Below, in pieces: positions 57,301 to 64,000 of a stretch of DNA of 64,000 nucleotides (its first letter is position 1; each line of letters opens with the position of its first letter). The position numbers and the translations under genes were made by a program. The stretch lies in assembly GCA_043228905.1 (NCBI GenBank), contig JBHGNT010000006.1, forward strand, positions 310,001 through 374,000, given 5' to 3'. A model generated the notes under the pieces. The model was not told the origin of the DNA and did not search any database. It saw nothing but the letters and a program-made list of their open reading frames with translations. Origin of the DNA: Azolla caroliniana. Taxonomy: Eukaryota; Plantae; Polypodiophyta.

Positions 57301-60300
57301 GCATGTTTGAATACAAAAATCCGATGTCACACGAGCCAGGTATGAACAATTTAATTCACCTACTAGCTCTTCTCAACTCAATCCTCAAATTTGGTAATTT
57401 CGTCATGTCTCTCGAGCTGAGTTTCAAAATCTTGATTTTTTAATTCCATATCATAGCTAGCGTTGTTAGCTTCGATTCGCATGTTTGAACACAAAAATCC
57501 GATATCACACGAGCCAGGTATGAACATTTTTATTTACTCAAGGGCTCGTCTCAACTCGCTCCTCAAATTTTGTAATTACGTCATGTCTCTCGACCTGAGT
57601 TTCAAAATCTTGATTTTTTAATTCTATATTATAGCTAGCGGTGTTAGCTTCGATTCGCATGTTTGTACACAAATATCCGATATCACACGAGCCAGGTATG
57701 AACAATTTAATTTACCTACTAGCTCTTCTCAACTCACTCCTCAAATTTGGTAATTTCTTCATGTCTCTCGACCTGAGTTTCAAAATCTTGATTTTTTAAT
57801 TCCATATCATAGCTAGCGTTGTTAGCTTCGATTCGCATATTTGTACTCAAAAATCCGATATCACACGAGCCAGGTATGAAGATTTTAATTTACCTACTAG
57901 CTCTTCTCAACTCAATCCTCAAATTTGGTAATTTCGTCATGTCTCTCGACGTGAGTTTCAAAATCTTGATTTTTTAATTCTATATCATAGCTAGCGTTGT
58001 TAGCTTCGATTCGCATGTTTGAATACAAAAATCCGATGTCACACGAGCAAGGTATGAACAATTTTATTCACCTACTAGCTCTTCTCAACTCAATCCTCAA
58101 ATTTGGTAATTTCGTCATGTCTCTCGACCTGAGTTTCAAAATCTTGATTTTTTAACTCCATATCATAGCTAGCGTTGTTAGCTTCGATTCGCATGTTTGT
58201 ACACAAATATCCGATATCACACGAGCCAGGTATGAACATTTTTATTTACCTACTAGCTCTTCTCAACTCACTCCTCAAATTTGGTAATTACGTCATGTCT
58301 CTCGAGCTGAGTTTCAAAATCTTGATTTTTAAATTCCATATCATAGCTAGCGTTGTTAGCTTCGATTCGCATATTTGTACTCAAAAATCCGATATCACAC
58401 GAGCCAGGTATGAACATTTTAATTTACCTACTAGCTCCTCTCAACTAACTCCTCAAATTTGGTAATTTCGTCATGTCTCTCGACCTGAGTTTCAGAATCT
58501 TGATTTTTTAATTCTATATCATAGCTAGCGTTGTTAGCTTCGATTCGCATGTTTGTACACAAATATCCGATATCACACGAGCCAGGTATGAACATTTTAA
58601 TTTACCTACTAGCTCTTCTCAACTCAATCCTCAAATTTGGTAATTTCGTCATGTCTCTCGACCTGAGTTTCAAAATCTTGATTTTTTAATTCCATATCAT
58701 AGCTAGCGTTGTTAGCTTCGATTCGCATGTTTGAATACAAAAATCCGATGTCACACGAGCCAGGTATGAACAATTTAATTCACCTACTAGCTCTTCTCAA
58801 CTCAATCCTCAAATTTGGTAATTTCGTCATGTCTCTCGAGCTGAGTTTCAAAATCTTAATTTTTTAATTCCATATCATAGCTAGCGTTGTTAGCTTCGAT
58901 TCGCATGTTTGAATACAAAAATCCGATGTCACACGAGCCAGGTATGAACAATTTAATTCACCTACTAGCTCTTCTCAACTCAATCCTCAAATTTGGTAAT
59001 TTCGTCATGTCTCTCGAGCTGAGTTTCAAAATCTTGATTTTTTAATTCCATATCATAGCTAGCGTTGTTAGCTTCGATTCGCATGTTTGAACACAAAAAT
59101 CCGATATCACACGAGCCAGGTATGAACATTTTTATTTACTCAAGGGCTCGTCTCAACTCGCTCCTCAAATTTTGTAATTACGTCATGTCTCTCGACCTGA
59201 GTTTCAAAATCTTGATTTTTTAATTCCATATCATAGCTAGCGTTGTTAGCTTCGATTCGCATGTTTGAATACAAAAATCCGATGTCACACGAGCCAGGTA
59301 TGAACAATTTAATTCACCTACTAGCTCTTCTCAACTCAATCCTCAAATTTGGTAATTTCGTCATGTCTCTCGAGCTGAGTTTCAAAATCTTGATTTTTTA
59401 ATTCCATATCATAGCTAGCGTTGTTAGCTTCGATTCGCATGTTTGAATACAAAAATCCGATATCACACGAGCCAGGTATGAACATTTTTATTTACTCAAG
59501 GGCTCCTCTCAACTCACTCCTCAAATTTGGTAATTTCTTCATGTCTCTCGACCTGAGTTTCAAAATCTTGATTTTTTAATTCCATATCATAGCTAGCGTT
59601 GTTAGCTTCGATTCGCATGTTTGAATACAAAAATCCGATGTCACACGAGCCAGGTATGAACAATTTAATTTACCTACTAGCTCTTCTCAACTCACTCCTC
59701 AAATTTGGTAATTTCTTCATGTCTCTCGACCTGAGTTTCAAAATCTTGATTTTTTAATTCCATATCATAGCTAGCGTTGTTAGCTTCGATTCGCATGTTT
59801 GAATACAAAAATCCGATATCACACGAGCCAGGTATGAACATTTTAATTTACCTACTAGCTCTTCTCAACTCAATCCTCAAATTTGGTAATTTCGTCATGT
59901 CTCTCGACCTGAGTTTCAAAATCTTGATTTTTTAATACCATATCATAGCTAGCGTTGTTAGCTTCGATTCGCATATTTGTACACAAAAATCCGATATCAC
60001 ACGAGCCAGGTATGAACATTTTAATTTACCTACTAGCTCTTCTCAACTCAATCCTCAAATTTGGTAATTTCGTCATGTCTCTCGACCTGAGTTTCAAAAT
60101 CTTGGTTTTTTAACTCCATATCATAGCTAGCGTTGTTAGCTTCGATTCGCATGTTTGTACACAAATATCCGATATCACACGAGCCAGGTATGAACATTTT
60201 TATTTACCTACTAGCTCTTCTCAACTCACTCCTCAAATTTGGTAATTACGTCATGTCTCTCGAGCTGAGTTTCAAAATCTTGATTTTTAAATTCCATATC

Positions 60301-61400
60301 ATAGCTAGCGTTGTTACCTTCGATTCGCATATTTGTACTCAAAAATCCGATATCACACGAGCCAGGTATGAACATTTTAATTTACCTACTAGCTCTTCTC
60401 AACTCACTCCTCAAATTTGGTAATTTCTTCATGTCTCTCGACCTGAGTTTCAAAATCTTGATTTTTTAATTCTATATCATAGCTAGCGTTGTTAGCTTCG
60501 ATTCGCATGTTTGAACACAAAAATCCGATATCACACGAGCCAGGTATGAACATTTTAATTTACCTACTAGCTCTTCTCAACTCAATCCTCAAATTTGGTA
60601 ATTTCGTCATGTCTCTCGACCTGAGTTTCAAAATCTTGATTTTTTAATTCCATATCATAGCTAGCGGTGTTAGCTTCGATTCGCATGTTTGTACACAAAT
60701 ATCCGATATCACACGAGCCAGGTATGAACATTTTTATTTACCTACTAGCTCTTCTCAACTCACTCCTCAAATTTGGTAATTACGTCATGTCTCTCGACCT
60801 GAGTTTCAGAATCTTGATTTTTTAATTCTATATCATAGCTAGCGTTGTTAGCTTCGATTCGCATGTTTGAACACAAAAATCCGATATCACACGAGCCAGG
60901 TATGAACATTTTAATTTACCTACTAGCTCTTCTCAACTCAATCCTCAAATTTGGTAATTTCGTCATGTCTCTCGACCTGAGTTTCAAAATCTTGATTTTT
61001 TAATTCCATATCATAGCTAGCGTTGTTAGCTTCGATTCGCATGTTTGAATACAAAAATCCGATGTGACACGAGCCAGGTATGAACAATTTAATTCACATA
61101 CTAGCTCTTCTCAACTCAATCCTCAAATTTGGTAATTTCGTCATGTCTCTCGAGCTGAGTTTCAAAATCTTGATTTTTTAATTCCATATCATAGCTAGCG
61201 TTGTTAGCTTCGATTCGCATGTTTGAACACAAAAATCCGATATCACACGAGCCAGGTATGAACATTTTTATTTACTCAAGGGCTCGTCTCAACTCGCTCC
61301 TCAAATTTTGTAATTACGTCATGTCTCTCGACCTGAGTTTCAAAATCTTGATTTTTTAATTCCATATCATAGCTAGCGTTGTTACCTTCGATTCGCATAT
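54400..61400 (+). repeat. More heterogeneous satellite domain with irregular 9- to 12-mer recurrences
   Basis: ORF spacings 56395>58175 (10-mer) and 58175>60133 (11-mer); GGGCTCGTC variant near 57543, 59145, 61281 (9- and 12-mer); many singleton SNPs; 1-bp T insertion at 55253-55257. Confidence 0.75.
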
Positions 61401-62229
61401 TTGTACTCAAAAATCCGATATCACACGAGCCAGGTATGAACATTTTAATTTACCTACTAGCTCTTCTCAACTCAGTCCTCAAATTTGGTAATTTCGTCAT
61501 GTCTCTCGACCTGAGTGTCAAAATCTTGATTTTTTAATTCTATATCATAGCTAGCGTTGTTAGCTTCGATTCGCATATTTGTACTCAAAAATCCGATATC
61601 ACACGAGCCAGGTATGAACATTTTAATTTACCTACTAGCTCTTCTCAACTCAATCCTCAAATTTGGTAATTTCGTCATGTCTCTCGACCTGAGTTTCAAA
61701 ATCTTGATTTTTTAATTCCATATCATAGCTAGCGTTGTTAGCTTCGATTCGCATGTTTGAACACAAAAATCCGATATCACACGAGCCAGGTATGAACATT
61801 TTTATTTACTCAAGGGCTCCTCTCAACTCACTCCTCAAATTTTGTAATTACGTCATGTCTCTCGACCTGAGTTTCAAAATCTTGATTTTTTAATTCCATA
61901 TCATAGCTAGCGTTGTTAGCTTCGATTCGCATATTTGTACTCAAAAATCCGATATCACACGAGCCAGGTATGAACATTTTAATTTACCTACTAGCTCTTC
62001 TCAACTCAGTCCTCAAATTTGGTAATTTCGTCATGTCTCTCGACCTGAGTTTCAAAATCTTGGTTTTTTAATTCTATATGATAGCTAGCGTTGTTAGCTT
62101 CGATTCGCATGTTTGTACACAAAAATCCGATGTCACATGGACCAGGTATGATCATTTTTATTTACCTACTAGCTCTTCTCAACTCACTCCTCAAATTTGG
62201 TAATTTCTTCATGTCTCTCGACCTGAGTT

Positions 62230-63140
62230 TCAAAATCTTGATTTTTTAATTCCATATCATAGCTAGCGTTGTTAGCTTCGATTCGCATGTTTGAGCACAA
62301 AAATCCGATATCACACGAGCCAGGTATGAACATTTTTATTTACTCAAGGGCTCCTCTCAACTCACTCCTCAAATATTGTAATTACGTCATGTCTCTCGAC
62401 CTGAGTTTCAAAATCTTGATTTTTTAATTCCATATCATAGCTAGCGTTGTTAGCTTCGATTCGCATATTTGTACTCAAAAATCCGATATCACACGAGCCA
62501 GGTATGAACATTTTAATTTACCTACTAGCTCCTCTCAACTCACTCCTCAAATTTGGTAATTTCGTCATGTCTCTCGACCTGAGTTTCAGAATCTTGATTT
62601 TTTAATTCCATATCATAGCTAGCGTTGTTAGCTTCGATTCGCATATTTGTACTCAAAAATCCGATATCACACGAGCCAGGTATGAACATTTTTATTTACT
62701 CAAGGGCTCCTCTCAACTCACTCCTCAAATTTGGTAATTACGTCATGTCTCTCGACCTGAGTTTCAGAATCTTGATTTTTTAATTCCATATCATAGCTAG
62801 CGTTGTTAGCTTCGATTCGCATGTTTGAGCACAAAAATCCGATATCACACGAGCCAGGTATGAACATTTTTATTTACTCAAGGGCTCCTCTCAACTCACT
62901 CCTCAAATATTGTAATTACGTCATGTCTCTCGACCTGAGTTTCAAAATCTTGATTTTTTAATTCCATATCATAGCTAGCGTTGTTAGCTTCGATTCGCAT
63001 ATTTGTACTCAAAAATCCGATATCACACGAGCCAGGTATGAACATTTTAATTTACCTACTAGCTCCTCTCAACTCACTCCTCAAATTTGGTAATTTCGTC
63101 ATGTCTCTCGACCTGAGTTTCAGAATCTTGATTTTTTAAT
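62230..63140 (+). repeat. Local trimer (534-bp) duplication
   Basis: TGAGCAC variant at about 62293 and 62827, and AAATATTG at about 62371 and 62905 (+534 = 3 x 178). Confidence 0.85.
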
Positions 63141-63269
63141 TCTATATCATAGCTAGCGTTGTTAGCTTCGATTCGCATATTTGTACTCAAAAATCCGATA
63201 TCACACGAGCCAGGTATGAACATTTTAATTTACCTACTAGCTCTTCTCAACTCAATCCTCAAATTTGGT

Positions 63270-63445
63270 AATTTCGTCATGTCTCTCGACCTGAGTTTCA
63301 AAATCTTGATTTTTTAATTCCATATCATAGCTAGCGTTGTTAGCTTCGATTCGCATATTTGAACACAAAAATCCGATATCACACGAGCCAGGTATGAACA
63401 TTTTAATTTACCTACTAGCTCTTCTCAACTCAATCCTCAAATTTT
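63270..63445 (+). repeat. Isolated 147-bp deletion monomer outside the 12-mer HOR context
   Basis: Junction CTCAAATTTTCAAAATC at 63442-63445, followed by the same CTTTGATT / GAAGATTT / AATTCGGT monomer seen after the deletions in the HOR. Confidence 0.92.
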
Positions 63446-64000
63446 CAAAATCTTGATTTTTTAATTCCATATCATAGCTAGCGTTGTTAGCTTTGATTCG
63501 CATATTTGTACTCAAAAATCCGATATCACACGAGCCAGGTATGAAGATTTTAATTTACCTACTAGCTCCTCTCAACTCAATCCTCAAATTCGGTAATTTC
63601 GTCATGTCTCTCGACCTGAGTTTCAGAATCTTGATTTTTTAATTCCATATCATAGCTAGCGTTGTTAGCTTCGATTCGCATGTTTGAACACAAAAATCCG
63701 ATATCACACGAGCCAGGTATGAACATTTTAATTTACCTACTAGCTCTTCTCAACTCAATCCTCAAATTTGGTAATTTCGTCATGTCTCTCGACCTAAGTT
63801 TCAAAATCTTGATTTTTTAATTCCATATCATAGCTAGCGTTGTTAGCTTCGATTCGCATGTTTGAACACAAAAATCCGATATCACACGAGCCAGGTATGA
63901 ACATTTTAATTTACCTACTAGCTCTTCTCAACTCAATCCTCAAATTTGGTAATTTCGTCATGTCTCTCGACCTGAGTTTCAAAATCTTGATTTTTTAATT

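Larger units (their letters stand above)
1..64000 (+). repeat. 178-bp tandem satellite array, about 361 monomers, head-to-tail, single orientation; putative centromeric/pericentromeric satellite
   Basis: The unit GGTAATTTCGTCATGTCTCTCGACCTGAGTTTCAAAATCTTGATTTTTTAATTCCATATCATAGCTAGCGTTGTTAGCTTCGATTCGCATGTTTGAACACAAAAATCCGATATCACACGAGCCAGGTATGAACATTTTAATTTACCTACTAGCTCTTCTCAACTCAATCCTCAAATTT recurs every 178 bp from first base to last (TGTAATT at 1 and 179). ORF spacings are multiples of 178 apart from the listed indels. The satellite call is direct; the centromeric role is inferred only from monomer size and homogeneity. Confidence 0.98.

Noticed and set aside
930-60423. About 50 near-identical 67-96 aa ORFs (MLASIRMFEHKNP...)
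   Set aside because: They appear mainly where the variant TTTTTAAATT replaces a TAA stop in the satellite. Most start at a TTG inside the repeat, they are translations of the monomer in shifting frames (178 mod 3 = 1), and they show no recognisable domain or gene context.
1-64000. CRISPR array or other repeat-spacer system
   Set aside because: There are no unique spacers; the entire unit is repeated with only SNP-level variation, and no cas-like ORFs are present.
1-64000. 5S rDNA, tRNA or spliced-leader gene tandem array; telomeric repeat
   Set aside because: No recognisable 5S, tRNA cloverleaf or Pol III A/B/C boxes, and no TTTAGGG/TTAGGG runs on either strand.
1-64000. Transposon insertion or inversion within the array
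   Set aside because: Monomer phase is accounted for across the window by 178-bp units plus the listed indels; no foreign sequence or reverse-oriented monomer was seen.

Overview
The whole 64-kb window is one uninterrupted head-to-tail satellite array of a 178-bp monomer (about 361 copies, about 36% GC by hand count of a consensus, all on one strand). I found no genes, RNA genes, CRISPR spacers or transposon insertions. The ORF track is an artefact of a recurrent TAA>AAA variant. The nucleosome-sized monomer and high homogeneity suggest a eukaryotic, possibly plant, centromeric or pericentromeric satellite, but I do not recognise the family and it does not match Arabidopsis CEN178. The informative signal is a nested duplication hierarchy. 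It includes a 2,105-bp 12-mer higher-order repeat (HOR) marked by a 31-bp-deleted monomer and a SalI variant. A near-identical ~17.1-17.3-kb tandem duplication contains that HOR array, and a separate 6,586-bp (37-mer) duplication is built from 6+14+10+7-mer blocks. Local 2-, 3-, 7-, 10- and 14-mer duplications also occur. Other signals are two monomer subtypes separated by a clustered 5-of-6-base substitution, recurrent CpG decay, and a faint internal similarity suggesting the monomer is an ancient dimer of ~90-bp units. All boundaries and SNP counts are by eye. I see no support for a novel protein-coding system.
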